From: Escherichia phage PHB11
Sequence record: MK524176.1
Length of the DNA: 64,000 bases
Strand: one strand, 5' to 3'
Positions 44,361-53,846 of this stretch are shown in pieces. Position numbers and translations under genes: made by a program. The first letter of the stretch is position 1; each line of letters starts with the position of its first letter. The notes under the pieces are model-generated. The model made no database searches. It saw only the letters and a list, made by a program, of their open reading frames with translations, and was not told the origin of the DNA.

Positions 44361-44876
44361 ATGTACCTGTCAAACCTGAAACGTTCGGCTGCAATGTCAG
44401 TTCTAAGACTCAGCTTTGAGGAACGTCAAGAGTTCATTGACTCCCACCAATACGACCCTTCTAACTCAAACCACATGATTCTCTGGAATCGTGATAACTT
44501 CCGTGAAAGAGCACTTGTCCGTTATTACCCACACTACACAATAGATAACCTGTATGAATGGTGTGTCGTGAAGAACACTATTACAACACTGAACAATCTT
44601 TGCAGGTATACAGGTAAGCAAACATTCACACTAGGCCACCATAAACCTATTACAAAAGGTGGTGAGCATCACTGTGCGAACTGGTTTATCCAAACTAAAG
44701 CTGATAACCAGAAGCAAGGAGATAGACTTCTAAGCACCCCTAAGATGACCTATGAAGAACAAGAGAAATATATCAAAAATAATATGCCAGATGTGCTTGA
44801 CAACAACTATACAGATTTGGCAATATCTCTCCTGTTGAAGTACGAGACAGTTTATAGGGCAACTTACAATGGCTAA
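44361..44876 (+). CDS. HNH-like nuclease motif protein
   Basis: GHHKPITKGGEHHCANW resembles the HH-P-GG-N core of HNH nucleases; the downstream Cys/His part is not evident. Confidence 0.4.
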   Translation: MYLSNLKRSAAMSVLRLSFEERQEFIDSHQYDPSNSNHMILWNRDNFRERALVRYYPHYTIDNLYEWCVVKNTITTLNNLCRYTGKQTFTLGHHKPITKGGEHHCANWFIQTKADNQKQGDRLLSTPKMTYEEQEKYIKNNMPDVLDNNYTDLAISLLLKYETVYRATYNG

Positions 44877-45147
44877 AGAGAAGTGGGAGATTTTACCATT
44901 AGTGAGTGAAGGTGGTAACGGTTGTGAGATGTACATGATACGTGGTCATGTCCCAGAACCAATTGCACTTGAGATGGTAAACAATTTTACAGATGGTTCT
45001 TACAAAGATTTAGGAGAGCCAACTATAAAGCATCAATGGGTCAAACCTGTACCAGACAGCACAGGTAACTGTAGTGTACTTTATCACGTTGTAGACCCTG
45101 CAAAATGCAAATCTGCAATGGCAGTAACAAACGTAACTTTTGATTGA
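44869..45147 (+). CDS. Hypothetical protein
   Basis: 92 aa ORF coupled to the Prs-like gene. Confidence 0.35.
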   Translation: MAKEKWEILPLVSEGGNGCEMYMIRGHVPEPIALEMVNNFTDGSYKDLGEPTIKHQWVKPVPDSTGNCSVLYHVVDPAKCKSAMAVTNVTFD

Positions 45148-45158
45148 GAGAGAAAACT

Positions 45159-46040
45159 ATGAAAACATCTATCCGTGTTACAGTTCATTCACCAACTAAA
45201 GGGACTCATGAAGAAGAGTTTAACATCATCCAATTCCCTTCTGGTGAGATTGGTGGACACTTTTCACCAGAGTTTGTTGACTTCACTGCTTATGCAGCAT
45301 CATCTATCAACAATGTGATTATGATTGTAAAAGGTTATGATAAAGATACATTGTTTGCTGTGGCACTTGCTAAAGAGGCAGTGGACAACTTAGTACCTCA
45401 TAAGTTTGCTATGAAGACTGTCATCTTTTACTATTTACCAAATGCACGTTACGACCGTCACATGTTTAAAGGTGATGCAGCAGCTTTGAAAGTGTTTGCA
45501 CAACAGGTTAATGCAATGGGTTTTGATGCAGTTTGTGCAGTTGACCCTCACAGCTATGTACCAGATAACCTGTTTAACTGTTTCCAGAGTATTCCTCAAA
45601 AGGAAATTGCAGTCCACTATGCAAATGACCCACTGGTTGATTACTTAGTAGCCCCAGATGCAGGTGCTGCTAAGAAGATTGCAGAAACTGCTAAAGAGGT
45701 GGATAAACCATATATCACAATGTCTAAAGTACGTGACCTTAAGACTGGTGAAATTACTGGTATGCGAATCCTTGATGATGTTGATTTGACAGATAAAACC
45801 GTTATGATTCTTGATGATATCTGTGATGGAGGACGAACCTTCATAGAAGCAGCTAAACATCTTCGCGAAGCAGGTGCAAAACGTGTGGAACTGTACGTAA
45901 CACATGGTATCTTCTCTAAAGATGTTGAAAACCTTCTTGACAATGGTATTGACCACATCTACACTACAAACTCTTTAGGGGAAGCTAAAGACCGTGGATT
46001 AACACATTATAGTCAAGTTACTGTAGCAAACCTTGATTAA
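45159..46040 (+). CDS. Ribose-phosphate pyrophosphokinase (Prs) family protein; candidate ADP-ribose pyrophosphate synthetase (Adps-like)
   Basis: PRPP-binding loop VMILDDICDGGRT...AGAKRV...THGIFS typical of Prs; ATG 45159 with GAGAG upstream (track uses TTG at 45144). Confidence 0.65.
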   Translation: MKTSIRVTVHSPTKGTHEEEFNIIQFPSGEIGGHFSPEFVDFTAYAASSINNVIMIVKGYDKDTLFAVALAKEAVDNLVPHKFAMKTVIFYYLPNARYDRHMFKGDAAALKVFAQQVNAMGFDAVCAVDPHSYVPDNLFNCFQSIPQKEIAVHYANDPLVDYLVAPDAGAAKKIAETAKEVDKPYITMSKVRDLKTGEITGMRILDDVDLTDKTVMILDDICDGGRTFIEAAKHLREAGAKRVELYVTHGIFSKDVENLLDNGIDHIYTTNSLGEAKDRGLTHYSQVTVANLD

Positions 46041-46049
46041 AACTTTATA

Positions 46050-46070
46050 GGGGCTTTAAGCCCCATTTTG
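46050..46070 (+). terminator. Short hairpin between Prs-like and NAMPT-like genes (weak terminator/processing signal)
   Basis: GGGGCT-TTA-AGCCCC followed by ATTTTG. Confidence 0.3.
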
Positions 46071-46084
46071 AGAGAGATTAAAAG

Positions 46085-47866
46085 ATGACTAAATCACTTT
46101 ATGCAGTACCAGCAGGTTTAAACGCAGATGCTTACAAATCTGGTCACATTTACCAGTATCCTAGCGCAACAGAATACTTGATGTTCAACCTGACACCACG
46201 TAGTGATAAATGGTTTAACAGTCCTTTAGCAATTGACGGTGTGGTGGCTTTTGGTATTCAACGTTTTGTTAAAGACTACTTAATAGACCACTGGAACGCC
46301 ACCTTCTTCGAACGTGACAAAGAAGAAGCAATTGACGAAATCTTAGAAGTCATGAACGGTGTTCTGGGTAAAGATGCTATTGGCCGTGAACATTGGGAAG
46401 CACTTCACGACTTAGGTTATCTACCAGTTGAAGTATACGCTGTAGAAGAAGGCACAGTTGTTCCTATGCGTGTACCAATGATTGTCTTCCAGAACACTGT
46501 TTCAGGTTTCCATTGGGTAGCGGGGTATCTGGAAGATGCTTTCTCTGCTGAGATTTGGAAGGCTTGTACCATTGCAACTATTGCATTGCACTACAAACGT
46601 ATCTGTAAGAAGTGGTCTGACCTTACTTGTGATAACGACTTACATTTGCCTTATCAGTGCCATGACTTTGCTATGCGTGGTATGTCCGGCTTTACCGATG
46701 ACGCATTTAACGCTGTAGGCCACTTAACCAGCTTTAAAGGAACTGATAGCTTCCCTGCTGTATATACAGCTAAACGCATCTATGGACAGTCCTACCCAAT
46801 CTCTGATATTGGTAGCTCTGTACCAGCCACTGAGCACTCTGTAATGTGTGCAAACATTGCTTGGGAAGGTGGTAATGAGTTGATTGAAGAAGAAAGACGC
46901 TTTAAAGGTGAGTTACAGACCTTCCGTCGTTTCTTAACAGAAACTTACCCAACTGGTATTGCAAGTGTTGTTTCAGACACTTATAACTTTTGGAGAACTG
47001 TGTCAGAAATCTTACCAGCACTTCGTAAAGAGATTATGGAACGTGATGGCAAACTGGTCATTCGTCCTGACTCTGGCGACCCTGTACATATTGTCACAGG
47101 TTATAAAGCAATCCACTTAGAGTGTGCTAAAAAGGCTTATTACGAACACCTAAGCAAGCTGGAAGCCAGCGACACAATGCTGAATGCTGTTCTGAACATG
47201 AAGCTTGAAAACATCAACTATGGTATTGCTGGATGGCTACTGTCAGAAGGCTACGAAATGGTTGTTGACAGAGAAGACTTTGAAGTTGCTGATACAGTGC
47301 TGTTGAAAAATGCTTATATGGTTGGTTCTGCAAACGTTGTAACACGTCCTGTAGCAGAGATTGATGGGGCTATTAAGACCCTGTATAACATCTTTGGAGG
47401 GACTATCAACTCTAAAGGTTTTAAGGTACTGGATGAGCACATCGGCCTTATTTATGGTGACTCTATCACGTTGGAACGTGCAAACGAAATCCTTAAGCGT
47501 TTGTATGAAATGGGTTTTGCAAGCTCTAACGTAGTGTTTGGTGTAGGTTCTTACACTTACCAGTATATGACTCGTGACACCTTTGCATTTGCTGTCAAAG
47601 CAACTCTTGCAAGCATTGGTGGTAAAGAGATTATGCTTGCAAAAGACCCTAAAACAGATAGTGGTGTTAAGAAGTCTGCTTTTGGTGGTGTAGCACCTAT
47701 GTGGGATGGTGATAAGCTGAAAGCTGTAGATGGCTATGGATTCCAGAGCTTTGAAGATGTACTTGAGCATCCAGCTTGTGCTTTACGTTTAGTCTTTAGC
47801 GAATCTGAGCAGTTTGGCTACACAACTCTTGGTGATATTCGAAATAATATTGACAAGCAACTCTAA
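46085..47866 (+). CDS. Nicotinamide phosphoribosyltransferase (NAMPT) family protein; candidate Namat-like enzyme
   Basis: 593 aa with NAMPT signature block HLTSFKGTDSFPA and GDS-containing C-terminal region. Confidence 0.7.
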   Translation: MTKSLYAVPAGLNADAYKSGHIYQYPSATEYLMFNLTPRSDKWFNSPLAIDGVVAFGIQRFVKDYLIDHWNATFFERDKEEAIDEILEVMNGVLGKDAIGREHWEALHDLGYLPVEVYAVEEGTVVPMRVPMIVFQNTVSGFHWVAGYLEDAFSAEIWKACTIATIALHYKRICKKWSDLTCDNDLHLPYQCHDFAMRGMSGFTDDAFNAVGHLTSFKGTDSFPAVYTAKRIYGQSYPISDIGSSVPATEHSVMCANIAWEGGNELIEEERRFKGELQTFRRFLTETYPTGIASVVSDTYNFWRTVSEILPALRKEIMERDGKLVIRPDSGDPVHIVTGYKAIHLECAKKAYYEHLSKLEASDTMLNAVLNMKLENINYGIAGWLLSEGYEMVVDREDFEVADTVLLKNAYMVGSANVVTRPVAEIDGAIKTLYNIFGGTINSKGFKVLDEHIGLIYGDSITLERANEILKRLYEMGFASSNVVFGVGSYTYQYMTRDTFAFAVKATLASIGGKEIMLAKDPKTDSGVKKSAFGGVAPMWDGDKLKAVDGYGFQSFEDVLEHPACALRLVFSESEQFGYTTLGDIRNNIDKQL

Positions 47867-47880
47867 AAGTATATGATAAG

Positions 47881-47905
47881 AGGCTCCTACGGGAGCCTTT
47901 TTAAT
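47881..47905 (+). terminator. Intrinsic terminator
   Basis: AGGCTCC-TAC-GGGAGCCT hairpin followed by a T-run. Confidence 0.6.
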
Positions 47906-47919
47906 TTCTGGAGAAGATT

Positions 47920-48255
47920 ATGAAAATCAAAGAAATGAATATCAATATTGTCTTAGAAGAACGTTGGGAGAACATCAAGAAGCCTGAAAATGGTCATAAG
48001 TTCCTCAACAAAATCTTAGTAGCAGCTAAAGAAGAACTGACTGGCAAGGTTGCAGCAGCAATCACAATAAAGGTCTGTGTAAAAGGTCTTCCAGACAATC
48101 ACCAATTTGCACTTGACGAGTTTAAAGAAAGCTTCTACAATCCAAACAAACAGATGCTTGAAAGTAACTTTGCAGTATCTACAAGTATCGTCCATGACAG
48201 AAGCTTTATCCTTTACAAGAATATGAGAGGTGAGTCATGCAAGCATATTGGATAG
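47920..48255 (+). CDS. Hypothetical protein
   Basis: 111 aa ORF. Confidence 0.35.
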   Translation: MKIKEMNINIVLEERWENIKKPENGHKFLNKILVAAKEELTGKVAAAITIKVCVKGLPDNHQFALDEFKESFYNPNKQMLESNFAVSTSIVHDRSFILYKNMRGESCKHIG

Positions 48256-48414
48256 AAATTTTACTGTCACTTGGTAGTGTAGCAGTGTTTGTTTACCTTC
48301 TTTGCAAGTACTATGCAGAGCACAAAAAATGTGACTTCTGTAATGGAGAAGGTTATACAAGAGCAGGTTGTTGCCCTATGTGTGGTGGTTCTGGTAAAAT
48401 GTTTAATAAGTAAT
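48238..48414 (+). CDS. Small membrane zinc-ribbon protein (not in ORF track, 58 aa)
   Basis: MQAYWIEILLSLGSVAVFVYLLCKYYAEHKKCDFCNGEGYTRAGCCPMCGGSGKMFNK: hydrophobic helix plus CxxC...CxxC. Confidence 0.3.
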
Positions 48415-48441
48415 TTAACAGTAAACTAAGAGGAAAGTATT

Positions 48442-50808
48442 ATGCGCATGGTAAATGACCACGCAGAAGTGATTAAGAGTTCAACTTCTTTAGAGACATC
48501 TCAAGCACAGATTACAATGACACCTGAAATGTTCAGCCTTCTGAGTTCTGGTGTATATACCTTTAAAGAGCGAGCAGTAATTCGTGAACTGTCATGTAAC
48601 GCAGTAGATGCTCAGAAAGAAGCTGGAAAAGAGGACATCCCGTTCCATGTGCATTTACCTACTCGTTTTGAGCCTTACTTTGAAGTTCGTGATTTTGGAA
48701 CTGGATTGACTCATGATAAAGTTATGAGTTTGTATCTAAATTACGGGGCTTCTACGAAGAATGACTCTAATGATTACATTGGTGCAATGGGTATCGGTTC
48801 AAAATCTCCATTTGCAATCGCTCAGTCATTCACAGTATCTAGCTATGTTGATGGTGTTGTTAATAAGTACTCTGTTTACCTTGAGAATGGCATCCCTCAA
48901 GTAACTAAGCTGACCACCAACCCAACAAAAGAACCTAATGGTTTAGCTGTACGTGTAGCAGTTGCTGACCATCGTATTTCAAAGTTCTTTGAAGAAGCTG
49001 GTCACGTATACTCATACTTTGCTGTAAAACCAGAAAGTAATATCGAGTATGACGATGTATTAGCAGACATGAATGTCATTGCCCGTGAAGAAGGTGTTTA
49101 TGATGCCATGATTCACAAACAAAGCTGGCGTTCTAGTGGCAACAGGACAGAGTTTAATGTGGTGATGGGTAACATTGCCTACCCAGTTAACATGGAAGCA
49201 TTACTTGGTGATGATTTCTTCAAAGTCTTGCCAGAGTTTTTCCGTAGGAGCGTAGACCTTGTAAACATCTATATGCCTATTGGTTCAGTTGCTATTGCAG
49301 CTTCTCGTGAAGCATTGCAGATGAATGATACAACAAAAAATGTTATCATTGAGGCTACTAAAAAGATAACTGAAGCAATTACAAAGGATGTTATCAAGAA
49401 AGTTAATAGCCAACCTACACTCATGGATGCTGCACAGGCTTATGCTGAGTTACGTTTAAACTCACGAGAGATGTTTAATGCTGTGTGTCCAAAACTAGAG
49501 TGGGGAGGCGTTAAGCTTGATTCTTTGGAAGAAGAATTGCTAAACATTCGTCGTGGAATTATCTACGCAGAAGACGGCTCAGTTATCTATGAACGTGATG
49601 GTAAAGGTAATATTAAGGTTGATAGGAACGGAAACAATATCCCTAAAGTAGATTATCTTTATAATCCAGTTGCTTATGTTAAGTTCAACTCTTTAGAAAG
49701 TAAGATTCGTGCAACAGCACTTTCCTACACTCAAGAGGCAAGTATGTTCAATATCTTTGGCGCAATGCGTAAAAGTCAAATTGAACAGTTTTTGTTTGTT
49801 ATAAATGACCGTCGCAATAAAAATGGTACTGAGAAGACTGTAGGACGCAATCAGATTCTGCGTGGTGCATGTCGAGACTATGCCAGCGAGTCAAGTCTGT
49901 TTCACAGATACAATGGTATTGTCTTTGTATTCTCTAATGAGGAAGAGCTAGATGATTTAATCAATCTGCACAAACTTGATAAAAGCTTGTTAAAGATTGT
50001 GAAGATGTCTGATAAGGAACATCATTATCAGCGTAAAGAAGCTGTAAGAGGTGTTGTAAAACTTTGGAAAGCTGTTCCAGCAGAAGGTGTAGCTTCATAC
50101 AAAGAGGTGTCAGAAGACTTAGATACGATTGAGGAGCCTCAGCTTTATATTAAGGCAGTAGGCGACACAGTTGATGGCGAATGTTTTTGCTCATCTCCAG
50201 AAGATGTAGCTAAGTCAGTTGCCAATGTCATTGGAAAGACAGTATATGTTTTCCGAAAAGCAAATTGGAAAAAGATACCAGAAGACTGGATTGAAGTAGA
50301 TGAGAAGCTCTTGAACGACAGCTTAACTGATGTTCACTGGATTAATCATAACAGGTATATGACACGTATCTATATGAATGGTGTCCTAGACCTGACAAGC
50401 AGTTGGATTATTGCCAGAAACTTTACGTTCAATAACAGGAAGATTTCTCGTGGTTATTGCTATTCACGAGACACAAACAAAACTATCTTCTTAGAAGGTA
50501 ATGAAGATGCTGTTGAGGCAATGTTTGGTAAAATCCAATACGTTGCTGCACCGTTTGCATACACTTATACTGTTAGCAGGTTGCAAACTTTGAAAGAATG
50601 CCTTGACAATGATACAAAGCTGTACAAGAAAATCAAGAAAGCTGGTGACCGTATGGTCATTAAGGTGACAAACTATCTTTCAAAAAGAAAACAAGAAAAC
50701 TTCTTGCTTTCTCATTTAGATTGGAATAAAGTGTCACCCATCGAAGTGAGTAAGTTCTTAGGCTTTGATGTGAAGTGTGTTCCAGAAGGGACTACAATTT
50801 ACGATTAA
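48442..50808 (+). CDS. rIIA: rIIA-like protein with GHKL-type ATPase domain
   Basis: Bergerat-fold boxes RELSCNAVDA (N box), DFGTGL (G1), GAMGIGSKS (G2); followed by an rIIB homologue. Confidence 0.6.
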   Translation: MRMVNDHAEVIKSSTSLETSQAQITMTPEMFSLLSSGVYTFKERAVIRELSCNAVDAQKEAGKEDIPFHVHLPTRFEPYFEVRDFGTGLTHDKVMSLYLNYGASTKNDSNDYIGAMGIGSKSPFAIAQSFTVSSYVDGVVNKYSVYLENGIPQVTKLTTNPTKEPNGLAVRVAVADHRISKFFEEAGHVYSYFAVKPESNIEYDDVLADMNVIAREEGVYDAMIHKQSWRSSGNRTEFNVVMGNIAYPVNMEALLGDDFFKVLPEFFRRSVDLVNIYMPIGSVAIAASREALQMNDTTKNVIIEATKKITEAITKDVIKKVNSQPTLMDAAQAYAELRLNSREMFNAVCPKLEWGGVKLDSLEEELLNIRRGIIYAEDGSVIYERDGKGNIKVDRNGNNIPKVDYLYNPVAYVKFNSLESKIRATALSYTQEASMFNIFGAMRKSQIEQFLFVINDRRNKNGTEKTVGRNQILRGACRDYASESSLFHRYNGIVFVFSNEEELDDLINLHKLDKSLLKIVKMSDKEHHYQRKEAVRGVVKLWKAVPAEGVASYKEVSEDLDTIEEPQLYIKAVGDTVDGECFCSSPEDVAKSVANVIGKTVYVFRKANWKKIPEDWIEVDEKLLNDSLTDVHWINHNRYMTRIYMNGVLDLTSSWIIARNFTFNNRKISRGYCYSRDTNKTIFLEGNEDAVEAMFGKIQYVAAPFAYTYTVSRLQTLKECLDNDTKLYKKIKKAGDRMVIKVTNYLSKRKQENFLLSHLDWNKVSPIEVSKFLGFDVKCVPEGTTIYD

Positions 50809-50813
50809 AGTGT

Positions 50814-50843
50814 TTGACAAGGGGCTTCAAAGCCCCTTAAAAT
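50814..50843 (+). promoter_or_regulatory. Promoter-like element with a hairpin in the spacer, upstream of rIIB
   Basis: TTGACA, then AGGGGCTTCAAAGCCCC (GGGGCT/AGCCCC stem), then TAAAAT. Confidence 0.4.
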
Positions 50844-50887
50844 AGCCTCACAAAATAATTTATTAACTAACAAGAGAGAGTAATAAG

Positions 50888-51997
50888 ATGACTACTAAAA
50901 CTAAAGCACAGATTGACGCAGAAATTTACAAACTGGTTAAAGAAGGTAAGCTGACTAAAACAGCTATTGCACAGAAGTTCAATACTTCAACCCGTTCAGT
51001 TGGTCGTGCTGTAGAGCGCCATGAAGCAACCTTAAAGGGTAAGAAAAAGATAGCTTCTAAACCAGCTACGAAGACTTTGAAGCAAGTTGCTAAATCAGTT
51101 AAAAAGAAAACTGGAAAACCAGTTGAAAAGGCCGTTAAAGACACTGTACAAAAGGCTCCGGTAAATAAACTGCACGAAGCTATGCAGAAAGATAACAAGA
51201 TTGAGTACATGATTACTGGCGACTCTGTAATTATGACTTACGGTTCAGAATCTGAAATTGTTGAGTCTACTCATCCGAACTATCAAGAGATTGTAGTTCA
51301 TGTTGTGAAAGGTGAGTTCAAGAAAGCCTTTGAACTGATGAACATTCGTAAGTCTATCGAAAACTTTACTCAGGGTGCTATCACAATCAAAGGTGACAAG
51401 TTATTCTACGGTGCTGTTGAGATGCGTTCTACTCTGGTTGACCGTATCCTTCACATGATGAAGACTGGTGATAAAGGTTTTGAACGACTTGTAATGTTCT
51501 TCGAAAAACTGATGGAAAACCCATCTAAAGACTCTGTAGAACAACTTTGGGGATTTGTATCTCACCTTGATGTTGAAATTGATGAAGAAGGCTACATCAT
51601 TGGTTGGAAGAAAGCCTCTACTCGTGAAGGCAAGCTGGTTGACTCTCACACCTACAAAGTACCTAATGATTTGGGTAACATTGTAGAAATGCCACGTTGG
51701 ATGGTTGATAACAACCGTAACGTGACTTGCTCTCAGGGTCTTCATGTTGGTGCTTGGGACTATGTCCGTTGCTTCTCAGGTGATACAATTCTGAAGGTTC
51801 GTGTCCATCCACGAGATGTTGTATCTGTTCCAACTGATTACAACGATATGAAGATGCGTTCGTCCCGTTATGAAGTTGCAGCAATCGTTGATAATCAACG
51901 TAAAGTGCTGAAAGCATGGGACGGTAAGACTGAAGCTTTGCATGTCATCGTTGGCACTGCTGGTGAACTTATCTCTCAACGTAAGCGTGAAATCTAA
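50888..51997 (+). CDS. rIIB: rIIB-like protein
   Basis: Blocks KLFYGAVEMRSTLVDRIL and KVRVHPRDVVSVPTDYNDMKMRSSRYEV closely match my recollection of T4 rIIB. Confidence 0.7.
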   Translation: MTTKTKAQIDAEIYKLVKEGKLTKTAIAQKFNTSTRSVGRAVERHEATLKGKKKIASKPATKTLKQVAKSVKKKTGKPVEKAVKDTVQKAPVNKLHEAMQKDNKIEYMITGDSVIMTYGSESEIVESTHPNYQEIVVHVVKGEFKKAFELMNIRKSIENFTQGAITIKGDKLFYGAVEMRSTLVDRILHMMKTGDKGFERLVMFFEKLMENPSKDSVEQLWGFVSHLDVEIDEEGYIIGWKKASTREGKLVDSHTYKVPNDLGNIVEMPRWMVDNNRNVTCSQGLHVGAWDYVRCFSGDTILKVRVHPRDVVSVPTDYNDMKMRSSRYEVAAIVDNQRKVLKAWDGKTEALHVIVGTAGELISQRKREI

Positions 51998-52014
51998 TAA
52001 GTAATTTCTTAAAA

Positions 52015-52036
52015 GGCTGCTTCGGCGGCCTTTTTT
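52015..52036 (+). terminator. Intrinsic terminator after rIIB
   Basis: AGGCTGC-TTCG-GCGGCCT hairpin followed by TTTTTT; a TATAAT hexamer follows at 52061-52066. Confidence 0.55.
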
Positions 52037-52097
52037 ATTTGTATTTTGTGCAGAGTGCTGTATAATTGTTGTCACGATAAACTAAACAGGAGAACCA

Positions 52098-52646
52098 ATG
52101 AAGAAGTTGATTCTAGGTTTGTGCTTAATGTTTACAGCACACTTATCTTATGCAGTTGACTGCCCAGAGCTATCAATTAGCCAAAAAGTAAACATGTTAA
52201 AAGCTTACCAGTATGGTGAGAATAATATGGGTAAAGGTTGGGGTATCACTCTAGCTGCTATAGCCTTACAAGAGTCAGAGTTAGGTCTGAAGGTAGAGAA
52301 TAAAAAGACCCATGACTATGGTATCTTCCAGAATCACTTGAAGACTGTTGTAAAGCGTAACAAAATCAGTCCTAATGTGGCTAAAAAGAAACTCTTAAAA
52401 GACTTTGACTATGCTGCAAAGGAAACACACAAAGAGCTTGAGTTTTGGACTAAGGTACATGGTCAACCAAAGTCAAAGAAGACTTTACAAAAAGTTTTAG
52501 CGTCATATAATGCTGGGTATTCGTACAAAATCCCTAAAGCTAAGAAATACTCTCAAGATGTTTACAACAATATGAAAGTCATCGCTCAATGTGAATTTGC
52601 AACAAACATTTCTAAGGTAAACCATGAAAAAATTAAGAAAGTCTGA
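52098..52646 (+). CDS. Secreted lytic transglycosylase (SLT domain); endolysin candidate
   Basis: Signal peptide MKKLILGLCLMFTAHLSYA; SLT motifs ALQESELG, YGIFQ, SYNAGYSY. Confidence 0.6.
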   Translation: MKKLILGLCLMFTAHLSYAVDCPELSISQKVNMLKAYQYGENNMGKGWGITLAAIALQESELGLKVENKKTHDYGIFQNHLKTVVKRNKISPNVAKKKLLKDFDYAAKETHKELEFWTKVHGQPKSKKTLQKVLASYNAGYSYKIPKAKKYSQDVYNNMKVIAQCEFATNISKVNHEKIKKV

Positions 52647-53319
52647 TGAAGTCCTGTGCCATGCTTACGACTTGCACCCTCATGAGTTAGGTCTTGATTC
52701 CTGTGTATGGACTCCAGAACAGTGCAGAGATTTTGAAGATACTGCAAGAGAAGTTGTATGTTCACTTGAAGAGTTCCACACATCAGAACCAATTGTGAGC
52801 GTTGTGGACAAAGAGACTGGACAATCTATAGGTGTAAGACGTGACAGTTTAGTCATAGTCAATAAAGACCTTGTAGAAAAAGGTAACCTCATCTTAGCAG
52901 ACATTGATGGTGTTCTTACAAATTTTAATCACGAAGATTGCTCAACAGAATTGATTGATGGGTCATTTTCACAGTACACTAATTTGCTTGACTCTGTAAG
53001 AGCAAAACCAACGTATGTTTTCAATATTATTGATGCAATTGCTAACCATGCTGCCATTGGACTCTTGACAGCGAGGGGTGAATCTCAGAGAATACCTACT
53101 GAGATGTTTTTAAGGCATTACATAGAGCATGATTACATGCTTTTCATGCGTGGTTTTGGAACTAACTCTATAGATGCAGAAAGTTTGAAAGTGAGGATGA
53201 TTCAGTCTTGCATTCTTCCTTACTTTAATATAGTATGTTTTATAGAAGATACAGAGAAGAATGTTCAGAAGGTAAACAGAATCCTTCCGCACATTAAAAC
53301 TATGTTAGTAAAACATTGA
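52624..53319 (+). CDS. HAD-superfamily 5'(3')-deoxyribonucleotidase-like phosphatase
   Basis: Motif I LADIDGVLTNF (DxDGVLxxF) typical of NT5C/HAD nucleotidases. Confidence 0.45.
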   Translation: MKKLRKSDEVLCHAYDLHPHELGLDSCVWTPEQCRDFEDTAREVVCSLEEFHTSEPIVSVVDKETGQSIGVRRDSLVIVNKDLVEKGNLILADIDGVLTNFNHEDCSTELIDGSFSQYTNLLDSVRAKPTYVFNIIDAIANHAAIGLLTARGESQRIPTEMFLRHYIEHDYMLFMRGFGTNSIDAESLKVRMIQSCILPYFNIVCFIEDTEKNVQKVNRILPHIKTMLVKH

Positions 53320-53329
53320 GAGAAAACTT

Positions 53330-53794
53330 ATGAACAATATCATTACGGTAGCACTGGACGTTACGGCAAACAAATCTGAAGTAGTTCGTAACATTATCAA
53401 AAGCAACTTTGAGGGTAAAATCTTCCGTGCTGTCAATGTAAAAGCAGACGGTAACATCCGAGAGTATCGTGCTCTTCTGAATGTTAAGAAACACGTCAAA
53501 GGTGCTGGTTCAACGACTGCACACAAAGAAAACCTGATGACTATCTATGATATGGGTATGGCTTCAGAGTTAGGTGCTGAAGGTATCGTTAAAGAAGGTG
53601 CTCCGTATCGCTCTTTCAATCTGGAAACTGCTCTTATGCTTTCCTTTACAAGTGGTTCTAAAACAACTACTTATCTCTTTACTGATGCTGCAACGGTATC
53701 TGCTATCAAGGATAGCACCGTCAAAGCTGGGGTAGCTGCTGCTGCAAAAGCTTCTTCGATGGCTGCAAATGTCCTTGCTAAAGTCCTCGGTTAA
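53330..53794 (+). CDS. Hypothetical protein
   Basis: 154 aa ORF followed by a terminator. Confidence 0.35.
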   Translation: MNNIITVALDVTANKSEVVRNIIKSNFEGKIFRAVNVKADGNIREYRALLNVKKHVKGAGSTTAHKENLMTIYDMGMASELGAEGIVKEGAPYRSFNLETALMLSFTSGSKTTTYLFTDAATVSAIKDSTVKAGVAAAAKASSMAANVLAKVLG

Positions 53795-53805
53795 GGTTAA
53801 GATAC

Positions 53806-53829
53806 AGGCTCCTTCGGGAGCCTTTTTCA
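53806..53829 (+). terminator. Intrinsic terminator
   Basis: AGGCTCC-TTCG-GGAGCCT hairpin followed by TTTTT. Confidence 0.6.
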
Positions 53830-53846
53830 TTTCAGGAGATTGTTAA

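Noticed and set aside
47243-47770. 175 aa - strand ORF inside the NAMPT-like gene, and similar antisense ORFs inside large genes (e.g. 2051..2278, 5557..5748, 11436..11717, 25711..26133, 45641..45958, 51401..52075)
   Set aside because: Each lies wholly within and antisense to a longer ORF that carries recognisable catalytic or structural motifs; typical shadow ORFs of AT-rich DNA
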